A DNA stretch of 64,000 nucleotides, taken from NCBI GenBank assembly GCA_050613775.1, contig JBODTK010000151.1, positions 1 to 64,000 of the forward strand, written 5' to 3'. Positions 21,901 to 39,025 of this stretch are shown here, one piece after another. Source of the DNA: Neocallimastix sp. 'constans'. Taxonomy: Eukaryota. The translations under genes and the position numbers were made by a program. The first letter of the stretch is position 1, and every line of letters starts with the position of its first letter. The notes beneath the pieces are model-generated. The model was not told where the DNA came from and made no database searches. It saw only the letters and a program-made list of their open reading frames with translations.

Positions 21901-24900
21901 TCTTTTTCTTGTTTTATGTCTTCCTTTTCTTGTTTTATATCTTCTTTTTCTTGTTTTATATTTTCTTTCTCTTGTTTTATATTTTCTTTTTCTTGTTCAA
22001 TATTTTCTTTTTCTTTTCCTAATTTTTCTTTTTCTTGTTTAATGTCTTCCTTTTCTTGTTTTATATCTTCTTTTTCTTGTTTTATATCTTCTTTTTCTTG
22101 CTTTATATCTTCCTTTTCTTGTTTTATATCTTCCTTTTCTTGTTTTATATCTTCTTTTTCTTGTTTTATATCTTCTTTTTCTTGTTTTATATCTTCCTTT
22201 TCTTGTTTTATTTCTCCTTTTTCCTGTTTTATCTCTCCTTTTTCTTTTTCTATATTTTCTTTTTCTTGTTCAATATTTTCATTTTCTTTTTCTATATTTT
22301 CTTTTTCTTTTTCTATATCTTCTTTTTCTTGTTTTAAATCTTCCTTTTCTTGCTTTATTTCTTCTTTTTCTTGTTTTATATTTTCTTTTTCTTGTTTTAT
22401 ATCTTCCTTTTCTTGTTCAATATTATCTTTTTCATGTTCAATATTTTCTTTTTCTTGATTAATCTTTTCTTTTTCTTGTTTTATATCTTCTTTTTCTTGA
22501 TTAATCTTTTCTTTTTCTTGTTCAATATTATCTTTTTCTTGCTGTATATCTTCTTTTTCTTGTTCAATATTTTCTTTTTCTTGTTTTATATCTTCTTTTT
22601 CTTGCTCAATATTTTCTTTTTCTTGTTCAATATTATTTTTTTCTTGCTGTATATCTTCTTTTTCTTGCTCAATATTTTCTTTTTCCTGCTGTATATCTTC
22701 TTTTTCTTGCTCAATTTTTTCCTTTTCTTGTTTAACTTTTTCCTTTTCTTGCTGTATATCTTCTTTTTCTTGTTCAATATTTTCTTTTTCCTGCTGTATA
22801 TCATCTTTTTCTTGTTTAATATTTTCCTTTTCTTGTTTAATATTTTCCTTTTCTTGCTCAATATTATCTTTTTCTCGTTCAATATTTTCTTTTTCTTGAT
22901 TAATCTTTTCTTTTTCTTGTTTTATATCTTCTTTTTCTTGCTCAATATTTTCTTTTTCTTGTTCAATATCATCTTTTTCTTGTTTAATATTTTCTTTTTC
23001 TTGCTTTATATCTTCTTTTTCTTGTTCAATATTTTCTTTTTCTTTTCCTAATTTTTCTTTTTCTTGTTTTATATCTTCTTTTTCTTGTTTTATATCTTCC
23101 TTTTCTTGTTTTATATCTTCTTTTTCTTGTTTTATATCTTCTTTTTCTTGTTTTATATCTTCTTTTTCTTGTTTTATATCTTCTTTTTCTTGTTTTATTT
23201 CTTCTTTTTCTTGTTTTATTTCTTCTTTTTCTTGTTTTATTTCTTCTTTTTCTTGTTTTATTTCTTCTTTTTCTTGTTTTATATCTTCTTTTTCTTGTTT
23301 TATATCTTCTTTTTCTTGTTTTATATCTTCCTTTTCTTGTTTTATATCATCTTTTTCGTGTTCCATCTTTTCTTTTTCTTGTTCCATCTTTTCTTTTTCT
23401 TGTTCCATCTTTTCTTTTTCTTGCTGTATATCTTTTTTTTCTTGTTCAATATTTTCTTTTTCTTGTTTTATATCTTCTTTTTCTTGTTCAATATTATCTT
23501 TTTCCTGTTGTATATCTTCTTTTTCTTGTTCAATATTATCTTTTTCCTGTTGTATATCTTCTTTTTCTTGTTCAATTTTTTCTTTTTCTTGTTCAATATT
23601 TTCTTTTTCCTGCTGTATATCTTCTTTTTCTTGCTCAATTTTTTCCTTTTCTTGTTCAATATTTTCCTTTTCTTGCTCAATATTTTCTTTTTCTTGTTTT
23701 ATCTCTCCTTTTTCTTGTTCAATATTTTCTTTTTCTTCTTTCATTTCATCTTTTTCTTGCTCAATATTTTCTTTTTCTTGTTTTATATTTTCTTTTTCTT
23801 GCTCAATATTTTCTTTTTCTTGTTCAATGTTTTCTTTTTCTTGCTCAATATTTTCTTTTTCTTTTTCTATATTTTCTTTTTCTTGTTCAATATTTTCTTT
23901 TTCTTGTTCAATATTATCTTTTTCTTGTTCAATATTATCTTTTTCTTGTTCAATATTTTCTTTTTCTTGTTCAATATTTTCTTTTTCTTGTTCAATATTT
24001 TCTTTTTCTTGTTCAATATTTTCTTTTTCTTGTTCAATATTTTCTTTTTCTTTTCCTAATTTTTCTTTTTCTTGTTTTATATCTTCCTTTTCTTGTTTTA
24101 TATCTTCTTTTTCTTGTTCAATCTTTTCTTTTTCTTGTTCAATATTTTCTTTTTCTTGTTTTATATCTTCTTTTTCTTGTTTTATATCTTCCTTTTCTTG
24201 CTTTATATCTTCTTTTTCTTGTTTTATATCTTCCTTTTCTTGCTTTATATCTTCTTTTTCTTGTTTTATATCTTCTTTTTCTTGTTTTATATCTTCCTTT
24301 TCTTGTTTTATATCTTCCTTTTCTTGTTTTATATCTTCCTTTTCTTGTTTTATATCTTCCTTTTCTTGTTCAATCTTTTCTTTTTCTTGTTCAATCTTTT
24401 CTTTTTCTTGTTCAATATTTTCTTTTTCTTGTTTTATATCTTCTTTTTCTTGTTTTATATCTTCCTTTTCTTGCTTTATATCTTCTTTTTCTTGCTTTAT
24501 ATCTTCTTTTTCTTGTTTTATATCTTCTTTTTCTTGTTTTATATCTTCCTTTTCTTGTTTTATATCTTCCTTTTCTTGTTTTATATCTTCTTTTTCTTGT
24601 TTTATATCTTCTTTTTCTTTTCCTAATTTTTCTTTTTCTTGTTCAATATTTTCTTTTTCTTTTCCTAATTTTTCTTTTTCTTGTTTTATATCTTCCTTTT
24701 CTTGTTTTATTTCTTCTTTTTCTTGTTTTATTTCTTCTTTTTCTTGTTTTATATCTTCCTTTTCTTGTTTTATTTCTTCTTTTTCTTGTTTTATTTCTTC
24801 TTTTTCTTGTTTTATTTCTTCTTTTTCTTGTTCTATCTTTTCTTTTTCCTGTTCTATCTCTCCTTTTTCTTGCTCAATATTTTCTTTTTCTTTTTCTATA

Positions 24901-26018
24901 TTTTCCTTTTCTTGTTCAATATTTTCTTTTTCTTGTTCAATATTTTCTTTTTCTTTTTCTATATTTTCTTTTTCTTGTTCTAATTTTTCTTTTTCTTGTT
25001 CAATGTTTTCTTTTTCTTGTTCAATATTTTCTTTTTCTTGTTCAATATTTTCTTTTTCTTGCTTCAATTCTTCATTTTGCTGATCCATCTTTTCTTTTTC
25101 TTGCTCCATCTTTTCTTTCAATTTATTTTGCTCTATTTCTCTTTCTCTCATTAAATTATTTTGTTTTTCATATTCATCTTGTATTTGTTTTATAATTTCT
25201 TGCTCTTTTTGTTTTAGTAATAAGCCATTTTTTTCCTGTTCCTCATATTTCAGTTGTAAATCTTGTAAGTTTTTTATTTGCTTTTTTAATTTTTCGTTTT
25301 CCAATAGCTCTTTTTTTCTCTGTTCTTCTCTAATACGTTCTAACTCTTCAACTAATCTTTCTTGATTTTCTAATCCTCTGACCAATTCCTCCCTTTCTGA
25401 TGGTTGAAGATCCTCTTTAGTTAAATATATATCTTCATCTTTATTTTCATCTGTATCTTCATCTGAATCTTCATTGGTATATATTAATGAATTTTCCTGG
25501 TCATCTTTTATTTTCATATCCTTTATTTGTTTTTCTTGTTGATCTATTATATTTTTATATTGCTCTATTTCTTTCATTAATTCTTCCGTTTCCAAGTCCT
25601 TATTTTCTGCTATTTCTATTATTACTTTTTGATCTTCCAATTTTTTCTTACAATTATTTAATTCATTTATTAAATCATTCTTTTGGTTCATTAATTCATT
25701 TATTAGATTATTTTGTTCCTCTATTTTCTTTTTCACATTATCTAATTCTAAAATTGGTACTGTTTCATCTTCGTTTCTATCATTTATCTTAATATATTCT
25801 TGGAGATCAAACTTTTCAATATTATAATTATCATTGTTTTTATCCTTTTTTTTATTTTCTTTTAAATGTAAAAGAATATTGAGGGTTGCTTCCTGTTGAA
25901 TATAATTTGATTCATTTTCATTATTTTTAATATTTGAATTGCCATTATTTACAATATTTACATTTAAAATTTCCCAAGAAAAACTATTATTTGATAAAGA
26001 TTTAATAAGGGTTTCCAT
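18969..26018 (-). CDS. Giant E/K/Q-rich heptad-repeat (coiled-coil-like) protein, ~2350 aa
   Basis: Single uninterrupted ORF; first ATG at 26018 (METLIK). Central QEKE(N/D)I(E/K) array flanked by charged helical regions. Extra upstream exons cannot be excluded. Confidence 0.8.
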   Translation of the reverse strand: METLIKSLSNNSFSWEILNVNIVNNGNSNIKNNENESNYIQQEATLNILLHLKENKKKDKNNDNYNIEKFDLQEYIKINDRNEDETVPILELDNVKKKIEEQNNLINELMNQKNDLINELNNCKKKLEDQKVIIEIAENKDLETEELMKEIEQYKNIIDQQEKQIKDMKIKDDQENSLIYTNEDSDEDTDENKDEDIYLTKEDLQPSEREELVRGLENQERLVEELERIREEQRKKELLENEKLKKQIKNLQDLQLKYEEQEKNGLLLKQKEQEIIKQIQDEYEKQNNLMREREIEQNKLKEKMEQEKEKMDQQNEELKQEKENIEQEKENIEQEKENIEQEKEKLEQEKENIEKEKENIEQEKENIEQEKENIEKEKENIEQEKGEIEQEKEKIEQEKEEIKQEKEEIKQEKEEIKQEKEDIKQEKEEIKQEKEEIKQEKEDIKQEKEKLGKEKENIEQEKEKLGKEKEDIKQEKEDIKQEKEDIKQEKEDIKQEKEDIKQEKEDIKQEKEDIKQEKEDIKQEKEDIKQEKENIEQEKEKIEQEKEKIEQEKEDIKQEKEDIKQEKEDIKQEKEDIKQEKEDIKQEKEDIKQEKEDIKQEKEDIKQEKEDIKQEKEDIKQEKENIEQEKEKIEQEKEDIKQEKEDIKQEKEKLGKEKENIEQEKENIEQEKENIEQEKENIEQEKENIEQEKDNIEQEKDNIEQEKENIEQEKENIEKEKENIEQEKENIEQEKENIEQEKENIKQEKENIEQEKDEMKEEKENIEQEKGEIKQEKENIEQEKENIEQEKEKIEQEKEDIQQEKENIEQEKEKIEQEKEDIQQEKDNIEQEKEDIQQEKDNIEQEKEDIKQEKENIEQEKKDIQQEKEKMEQEKEKMEQEKEKMEHEKDDIKQEKEDIKQEKEDIKQEKEDIKQEKEEIKQEKEEIKQEKEEIKQEKEEIKQEKEDIKQEKEDIKQEKEDIKQEKEDIKQEKEDIKQEKEDIKQEKEKLGKEKENIEQEKEDIKQEKENIKQEKDDIEQEKENIEQEKEDIKQEKEKINQEKENIEREKDNIEQEKENIKQEKENIKQEKDDIQQEKENIEQEKEDIQQEKEKVKQEKEKIEQEKEDIQQEKENIEQEKEDIQQEKNNIEQEKENIEQEKEDIKQEKENIEQEKEDIQQEKDNIEQEKEKINQEKEDIKQEKEKINQEKENIEHEKDNIEQEKEDIKQEKENIKQEKEEIKQEKEDLKQEKEDIEKEKENIEKENENIEQEKENIEKEKGEIKQEKGEIKQEKEDIKQEKEDIKQEKEDIKQEKEDIKQEKEDIKQEKEDIKQEKEDIKQEKEDIKQEKEKLGKEKENIEQEKENIKQEKENIKQEKEDIKQEKEDIKQEKEDIKQEKEDIKQEKEDIKQEKEDIKQEKEDIKQEKEDIKQEKEDIKQEKEKLGKEKENIEQEKEDIKQEKENIKQEKEDIKQEKEDIKQEKEKLGKEKENIEQEKEDIKQEKENIKQEKENIEQEKENIKREKEDIQQEKEDIEQEKENIEQEKENIEQEKENIEQEKENIEQEKENIEQEKENIEQEKENIKQEKEDIKQEKEKINQEKENIEQEKNNIEQEKESIEQEKENIEQEKENIEQEKENIEQEKEDIKQEKEDIKQEKEDIKQEKENIGQEKEEIKQEKENIEQEKEKINQEKENIEQEKENIEQEKEEIKQEKENINQEKENIDQEKENIDQEKENINQEKENIEQEKEEIKQEKEDIKQEKENIEQEKENIKQEKENIEQEKENIEQEKENIEQEKEKINQEKENIEQEKENIEQEKENIEQEKEEIKQEKENIEREKDNIEQEKENINQEKENIEQEKEDIKQEKENIEQEKENINQEKENIEQEKENIEQEKENINQEKENIEQEKKNINQEKENIEQEKENINQEKENIEQEKEKINQEKEDIKQEKEKIEQEKDEMKEDKEKMEQEKDEMKQDKEKMDQEKEEMKREKEKMDQEKESVEREKKSLEQEKEAKELENKRGIQENPNMSEIKEIQLERENLIKELEEQKKLVEELEHIREKQKEESQTERENLIKELEEQKRLVEELEHVKEKQKEMKQLELAKLKNKPKKTNKIPTKNEENNKNLNSKQKEQEILQKNLEENEQQKKREAEQTELQKQKKNELKNLQENKKEREQKIMEEKNKKRLQTQLKSFNKLLKEYEDQKVSMEEREAEQKVLLEEQKNQLRKRLSEERNERERLKMEWIKKEKQEQKQKEDLINEIENQKRMIEKLKETEHLNYENLKKDYGKKMHLYKKKEKSENQKLIKNLEEQRDLIEKLEYLLEKKNNIRGLQEKRGNSENNNLIQGNELKNLKKERKVNEKINT
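20030..25120 (-). repeat. 21-bp coding tandem repeat, roughly 230-240 units
   Basis: TTTTTCTTGTTCAATATTTTC / TTTTTCTTGTTTTATATCTTC variants, with the frame preserved throughout. Confidence 0.95.
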
Positions 26019-26881
26019 TATTAATCTGGTGTAATGTATTATAAAATAATTATAAAATAATACTTTAATATACTTTGAAACCAGGTAAATTTCTGTAATA
26101 ATCAAAAATTAAATCATTTATTATAATATTTTTTTATTTATTTATTTATTTTTTATTTTAAATCATTGCTTCGGTGGATTATACTTTAAAGTATTTTACT
26201 TTAATATCTTTTATAGTGAAAAGAGGAAGTTTTACATTTAATTATATAAAAAAATACTTTTTAATATCATCATAAAATCAAATCATTTTTTTTTTTTTTT
26301 TTTTTTTTATTTAAAAAAGTTTATTAATATAAATATTTTATTTTACTTATAAAGATTAAATTTATTTTAAAATTTACACATGGATAAATTAATATTGATT
26401 TATAATAACTTATGAAAAATAGGTTTATTATTATGATTAATTATAAACTTTAATAAATATGAATTTTTATTAATTGCTTTATAAATAAATTATGTATATA
26501 AAAATTTCAGTAAAAATTTATATTTTATAAATTTTTATTTTAATTTAAAAATAAAATAATATATATTACATAATCCAAATAATAAAAAAATTAAAATTAT
26601 TATAATATATTAGCCTAAAAATCATATATTAAAACTTTCTTATATATATTAAGTAAAAATATAAATTAATAAAAGAAATGAAATTCTAATTTTTTATTAA
26701 AAATGAAATTTCAATTTTTAATAGTGATGTAAATTATAAATAATATAAATTAATTATTCTAAAATATTTATAATATTTAAGGCCAAAGAATTTTATAAAA
26801 ATTTCTTATGAAATAAATAAATATATATATATATATAAAAAAAAAAAATCTTCATATTTAATTATATAATTTAAAATAAAA

Positions 26882-32407
<5,526 letters not shown>

Positions 32408-32964
32408 AGAAAATTATTATTTTTTTTTTTTTTTGTTTTTTAAATTTTTTATTCTTAAATATGCTTATAAATTTTAATTATCTATTAATAATGAAATTTT
32501 ATGAATTTTATTTTATTTAATTATTTATCTAAAACTAATTTTATCAATCATAGTAGTTTTATTTATGATTATTATTTATTTCAAATTAATTTTAAACTTT
32601 TTATTGTATTATTTAAAGTCATAAATATATATATATATTGTAAGTATATATATTTAATAGAGTTAACTTTTTTTATTTATTTTAACAATTATTTTTATTT
32701 GAATTAATATATTCAAAAAATAAAGACTTTTTTTTTTTTTTATTATTTTTATTTAATTTATATTTCAAATTTTTCATTTTTAGAAAATAAATAATTAGTT
32801 AAATATAATACTAAAAAAAAAAAAAAAAAAAATAAAAAATAAAAATAATCATAAAATAATGTATACCATATCATATAATATTATTTATAATTATTATTTA
32901 TTTATTTAAAACTTTTTCTATATTAATAATTTAATTATTAATTTTAATATAATAAAATTGAAAA

Positions 32965-33378
32965 AATCAACGGGAATATATTAAGGACTCTGTTAAATGG
33001 GGAACTGATTATTTCATTAAGTGTCATACTGGAAAAAATGAACTTTGTATGTAAAATTTTAAAGCATTAAAAAATATAGAAAAAATGTATATTTTTTATT
33101 CAAATGCGAAATTTTTCGTATTAAATAATATTAAATATAATACAATTTTTAATGATACAGACGGTCAAGTTGGTAATGATAGTTTAGATGCATGGGTTGC
33201 ACCTGGGGTATTAAAAATTGGTAGATGGAGTGATATTAAGGATTCTTGCTCATCTGCTCCATCTTCCAAATGTTTCTCTAAACCAGATTATTCATGTTGT
33301 CCATTTGTCTATACTGATGAAAGTGGTGTCTGGGGTGTCATTAATGATGACTGGTGTGTATTTCTGCTTAATAGTTAA
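32965..33378 (+). pseudogene. Collapsed GH9 cellulase fragment joined to a fungal dockerin (CBM10-like)
   Basis: Splicing intron 33047-33160 gives NQREYIKDSVKWGTDYFIKCHTGKNELYGQVGNDSLDAW (GH9 KWGTDY..K..YGQVG motif). This is followed after ~25 aa by CFSKPDYSCC..VYTDESGVWGVINDDWC (dockerin). No start codon, signal peptide or remaining catalytic domain is visible. Confidence 0.75.
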
Positions 33379-33810
33379 ATATATAAAATAAATATAAAGT
33401 AAATATATAAATAAAAAAAAATTAAAATTTAACGATCATTTAATTACAATGAACCATTTCTTTATATATATCTTATTAAATTTTAAAAAAATGTAAAAAA
33501 ATCAAATCTTATTAAATAAAATCCATGAAAAGTAAAGAAAAAAAAGTATTTATTTTAGAAATTTAAATACAAGTAATTATGATAATTTATTATTATTATT
33601 TTATTATTATTATTATTTTTTTTTAATTTTTATTTTTTTTTTTAATTTTTATATTTATATTTATTTTTATTTTTATTTTTATTTTTTTCAAATAATTAAG
33701 GTTTTTATTAATAACTTTTTATTATCAATTATAAAACTTATTGTAAATCAAAATATTTAAATATATCTTTACTATATATCTTTTATGTGCAAAGGTGAAG
33801 ATGATTCTAT

Positions 33811-33873
<63 letters not shown>

Positions 33874-34545
33874 TAAGGGAAAGACTTTTCTTGCAATATT
33901 TCTCATTTAGTTAATATTCTAACACTGTTATATTCTTGGATTACAAAAAAAAAAAAAAAAAAAAAAAAAAGTCGCGAAGATTAACGGAACATAAACATAT
34001 ATATAAGAACTTTAAAAGAAATTAGGAAAATATATTAAAGAAAATGACTTTTATATACGATTACCAGCAATTAAATAATAAAAAATACATATTTAGTTTT
34101 AAAAAATACATTTACTCCGTCTCACATTAAAATATCCATAATTTTCACTTTTTTATTTTTTTTTTTTTTTTTTATGCATTGGAACTATATTAAATGTAGA
34201 TTTAGATTTTGGAAACCTTTATATTAAGAGTAATATTGTATCAGCAGAATATACAAAACGCTGTCTTCGTGTTGTTGATAGTAGTAGTATTTCTAGTTTT
34301 GCACATTGGAAATTTTCATGTCTTAAATTTGAGAAATTACAATTCAGGAGTGTTGCATTTCGGAAAGTCGTGTCTGGGAATATGTATTTTAAAATTTTAA
34401 GAAATAAATTAATAAATTAATAAATAATTATTTTAATAAATTAAGTTAAAGATTTTTTTGGTTTTTGTAATAAATAAAATAAAATAAAAAAAAAAGTATT
34501 TGTTAAAGTATTATTTAAAAATAAAAAATTTAAATAAAAGCTTTG

Positions 34546-34578
<33 letters not shown>

Positions 34579-35008
34579 AGCTTTATGCTTATTAATTTTA
34601 TAGTATTCATAAATAAAATATGTCTATATATAATACTATATATTAATTTAGTAAATAAGAATCCCATATTCATAAAATTATTTTTTTTATTTCCTAAATC
34701 GTAACTATTTTTTAGTCTCTTTAATTTTTTCTTAAACTGAAAAGCCTTTTTTTAATGATATTTATTATTCTAATTTCTTTCTTTCTTTTTTTTTTTTTTT
34801 TTTTTTTTTGTTACATCATCTGTCAAATTATTTAGAAATTCCTATTTTATCTCACGTTTGAATTCACGACTCCCAAACTCCTTCCTCTTTTATATTATTC
34901 TTAACTGAAATCTCGCTTATAGGATTCTTATTATTCATCTTTAAATTTCTTTTTTAACTTTATTCCTTTATTCTTTCATCTTTTTTCAATTATATATGAC
35001 TCCATTTC

Positions 35009-35058
<50 letters not shown>

Positions 35059-35074
35059 TTACTTACAATATAAG

Positions 35075-35342
35075 AATAAAATTATTTAACAGAAAATTTG
35101 CTTTAAAATATTCATAAAATTAATGAAGTAGATATAATAGTTATGCATTTTTAAGAAAATGGGCAGAGACTTATTATCTTGTGTAATAGGTATATGTGGA
35201 TAATTAACTAATTACTAGTATTAGACCAGAAATATTTAATATCATATATATAAATAAAATAAAGAAAAATTTTAAAATACAGAAATGTAAAAAGGCAAAC
35301 TATCTACTAGGAATTAAATTTAAAGAAAATAATTACAACTAT
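35075..35342 (+). mobile_element. Degenerate Ty1/copia reverse-transcriptase fragment
   Basis: LSCVIGI / frameshift / YVDN*LITSIRPEIFNIIYINKIKKNFKIQKCKKANYLLGIKF resembles the copia IGlYVDDlLItG...F...yiLGI block. Confidence 0.6.
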
Positions 35343-35608
35343 TATTTATTATTTATTTATAATTCATTTTTTATGCTATATATTTTATTATTTTATTTTC
35401 CCAATATTTCAAATGTAATTAAAAAAATATATATATAAATATATATATTTATTTAAAAAATAATAAAATAAAAAAAAAAAAAATAAAATAAAATAAAATA
35501 ATGATATAAATAATATAAAAAAGAAATATTAATTGATATAGTAAAATACTTTTTATAATAAATTATTAATGTTCTATTATTAATATTACGCAAAACAAAA
35601 TAATTACA

Positions 35609-35642
<34 letters not shown>

Positions 35643-36032
35643 ATATTTATATTTTAAATTTTTATATTATTATTTTTATTTTTTTAATTTTAAATTTATT
35701 TTTATTATTATTTTTAAATTTCATATTATAATTATTATTATATTCGTTATTATTTATATGTTTAAGTTTTATATATAATTACAATTTTTTTTATTTTAGT
35801 TATTTTATTTTATTTTTTATTATTATTATTATTTTTTTTTGTAATTCTATATTAAGTCATAGTGCCACTTTCTAATATTATCGAAGATTTGATAATCTAT
35901 TGAAAACATATATTTGAAAACACTAAATATTTTTTTATTAAACATAAATTTTAAAATATTTTAATGATTTGTATTTATAAAAATTTTTTAATTTATCTTA
36001 AATAAAAGTTCTTATTTAAATATTGAGTCTTT

Positions 36033-36635
36033 TCAAACATATTTTTCCAACGGATCTTCAAATTCTCGATTTTCATATTCATCAAGTGAATTTTCAAAGT
36101 CATGTGAATCCTCAAAGTAGTTATCTTCTTGTATGTTTTCTCTTCCTAGTTCAATTAGTAATACATGAAATACATAATCATTAACAGAATCGTTATCTTC
36201 TTGTATATTTTCTCTTCCTAGTTCAATTAGTAATTCATAATCATTAACATGATCGTTTTCTTCTTGTATATTTTCTCTTCCTAGTTCAATTAGTAATTCA
36301 TAATCATTAACATGATCGTTATCTTCTTGTATATTTTCTCTTCCTAGTTCAATTAGAAATTCATAATCATTAACAGGATCAAAATTTTGTTCACTTTCTC
36401 TTGTAAAGTCGTTAACTTCTGGAATAATCTCCCTATCTAATTGTCCTTGATATTGATTATATTGATTATTATTACTTGATCCTTGATAATTATCTTGTAG
36501 ATAAATATTATTTCTTTGATTATTATCTTCAGGATGATCTTTTTGCTCTTGTTGTTCATTGCCTGTGTTTACATTTACATCAATGTAAACATCAATATTA
36601 ATTGTAATATCATTTTCAAAAGTATTGCTTGTCAT
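36033..36635 (-). CDS. Acidic hypothetical protein with four 21-aa repeats (VNDYELLIELGRENIQEDNDH)
   Basis: 200-aa ATG-initiated ORF with coding-like composition; 63-bp repeats at ~36121-36375, one carrying an in-frame 9-bp insertion. Confidence 0.6.
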   Translation of the reverse strand: MTSNTFENDITINIDVYIDVNVNTGNEQQEQKDHPEDNNQRNNIYLQDNYQGSSNNNQYNQYQGQLDREIIPEVNDFTRESEQNFDPVNDYEFLIELGRENIQEDNDHVNDYELLIELGRENIQEENDHVNDYELLIELGRENIQEDNDSVNDYVFHVLLIELGRENIQEDNYFEDSHDFENSLDEYENREFEDPLEKYV

Positions 36636-38814
36636 TTTATATATAAATAAAAATTTTTAACAATATATTTTTTTTATATTTTATTAAATAAAAATTTCAA
36701 ACATTATAGCATTTTATTTGATTTTTCAATTATTTAATTATTTAAAATTATTAATTTTAAACTTTTATTAATTAATAAATGATAAATTAAAAAATTATAT
36801 TATGATCAATTTTAATATTTCCTTATTTAAAAAAAAAGAAAACATCTGGCTTTTTTTTGAAATTGTATACGAAGTAATGCTATTTGGTCTAACTGATGAT
36901 CCAGCCACATTTTAGAAATAAATCTTATTCTTTTTTGATTAGGTAAATGGGTTTTTGTTTTCTTAGATGATATTTTTATATTTTTTAGCTCTATTGAAGT
37001 ACATCTGGTACAACTTATACAAGTTTTTGAAATATTTCGTAAATTTGACATAAAGATCAACATTCAAAAACATTGCTTTTTCAAAAAGTAGTATTTAAAA
37101 ACTGCTTTAAAACTATTAAATCAAAAGTTGATATTATTTTTAATAATAGTTCTAAATATTAATGATTATGGTATAATAAAAAATTATTAGAAATAAGAAA
37201 TTAGTTACAATTAAAAAATTTATTAATAATGTAATTATTGAGTGTTTCATTCATAAACTAATTGATTATAATAATCAATTCATTACATATCCATTCATTC
37301 ACTCCTCGTTCATTGAAGTGTAACTTCATTTACTGCATTTGTTCATTCATCGGATATTCAAACATAGTTTATAACATATATAACAGTTCATTGTATAGAT
37401 CCATTTATAACTTTAATGAATAAAGTTGTTCAACGCATTTACTTCATTTAAGATAGATTATGGCATATATAATACATTTTATACCAAACATATTTGAATA
37501 TTAAAATTTTCTATCCAATAGAAATATAGAATTATAGAAAAATTAATCAATTACAAAATTACATATTAACAATTAGTAAATGATTTTTAAAAATCTAAGA
37601 ATCAGTGATTATAAAAATTTCTTTTTGTGGAATATAATATAAACATATATATTTCATTATATATATCAAAAGCTTAGGTATATAAAAAATTTTTTAAAAA
37701 TAGTATTTAGAATAATTTTATTATATATATAAAATTATACTTTATTTGGTTTAATAAATTTCATTTCATTATAATTTAAAAATGATATAAATGATGTATG
37801 AATACAATTTCTTTATAATTTTTAAATTAATTTTTTTATAATAATTTATAATAAGGATTTTAAGATAATATCAATTTTAAAAATTATTCAATAATTATTA
37901 TTATTAAAATATTATTATTATAATACTTAAATATTCATCATTAATAATCTTTAATTGAAAGATTACTAAATAAAATATAAAACGACGAATAAATTGATAT
38001 GGGTTTTAGATTAATAAATTGACAAAATACACTTAGAAATTTTTTATATTTATTTATTTATTTATTTTTATTCTTAGTTTTATTAATTTAATTTAAATAT
38101 TTCAATTTTTTTTTTTCTATTCTTTAATTATGAAAAATATTTCTTTTATATATTTGAAGCTATCATATTTAAGAATATTTTGTTTTATTTGTTAAATAGG
38201 TAAAAGTAAAATTGTGTTTGTAATTTTCTTTTATATAAATAACTTTAACATTTGAAATTAAGAGAAAGAGAAAAAAAAAACTATTATCAAAAAATGATAG
38301 AATATTTCTAGAGTTGAAATATTTGATTTTAATTCAAATTTTTTTTTTTTTAATATATAATTATTAATTATTCTTCATAATATTTATCTAAATTATATAA
38401 TGTTGAATGAATATGTTTTAAGGGAAATTCATAAAAAAAATTTTTTTTATTTTTGTAATTATCTTAAAGAATTATCATTATTATTAAATTAATAAAATGT
38501 TTATTATGATAATAACAAAACAAGAAAAAAAAAAAAAAAGATTAACAATATATATTAATAAAATATATATTCTCAATTTTAAATTCTATTGCATTTATAA
38601 TAAACAATATTGTTAAATTATTAAATTATCATAAAATAATAAACATTTATGTAAAAAAAATAAGTAAAAAAAAGTCCTAAAAATATTTTGAATTTTTCAT
38701 ATTTACAAAAACAATAATAATTATAATTATATTAATTTTAATTTAAATTAGTAATGCTTTGTAATTCCTTAATGATCATTTTCTATTTAATCAATTACAA
38801 TGATTTCAGTATTC

Positions 38815-38988
38815 ATTAAAGGTGTTAATTTATTGTAAGAAGATGTATCCAAATTTAAACTACCTTTATCTATTAAGGTACATAGTGGTAAATTGGATTT
38901 ATTAAAGGTGTTAATTTATTGTAAGAAGATGTATCCAAATTTAAACTACCTTTATCTATTAAGGTACATAGTGGTAAATTGGATTTAT
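38815..38988. repeat. Exact 86-bp tandem duplication
   Basis: ATTAAAGGTGTTAATTTATTGTAAGAAG...GGATTT starts at 38815 and again at 38901. Confidence 0.92.
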
Positions 38989-39025
38989 GATTGATATTAA
39001 ATGATAAATTTATTATTTGTTCATA

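Noticed and set aside
19483..25792. Many Phe/Ser/Cys-rich plus-strand ORFs and short poly-Lys minus-strand ORFs
   Set aside because: Shadows of the 21-bp repeat array.
34200..34400. Cys-containing minus-strand remnant (KFPMCKTR, FCIFC) as a RING finger or transposase
   Set aside because: Stops break the frame and the zinc-ligand pattern is incomplete; cannot be assigned.
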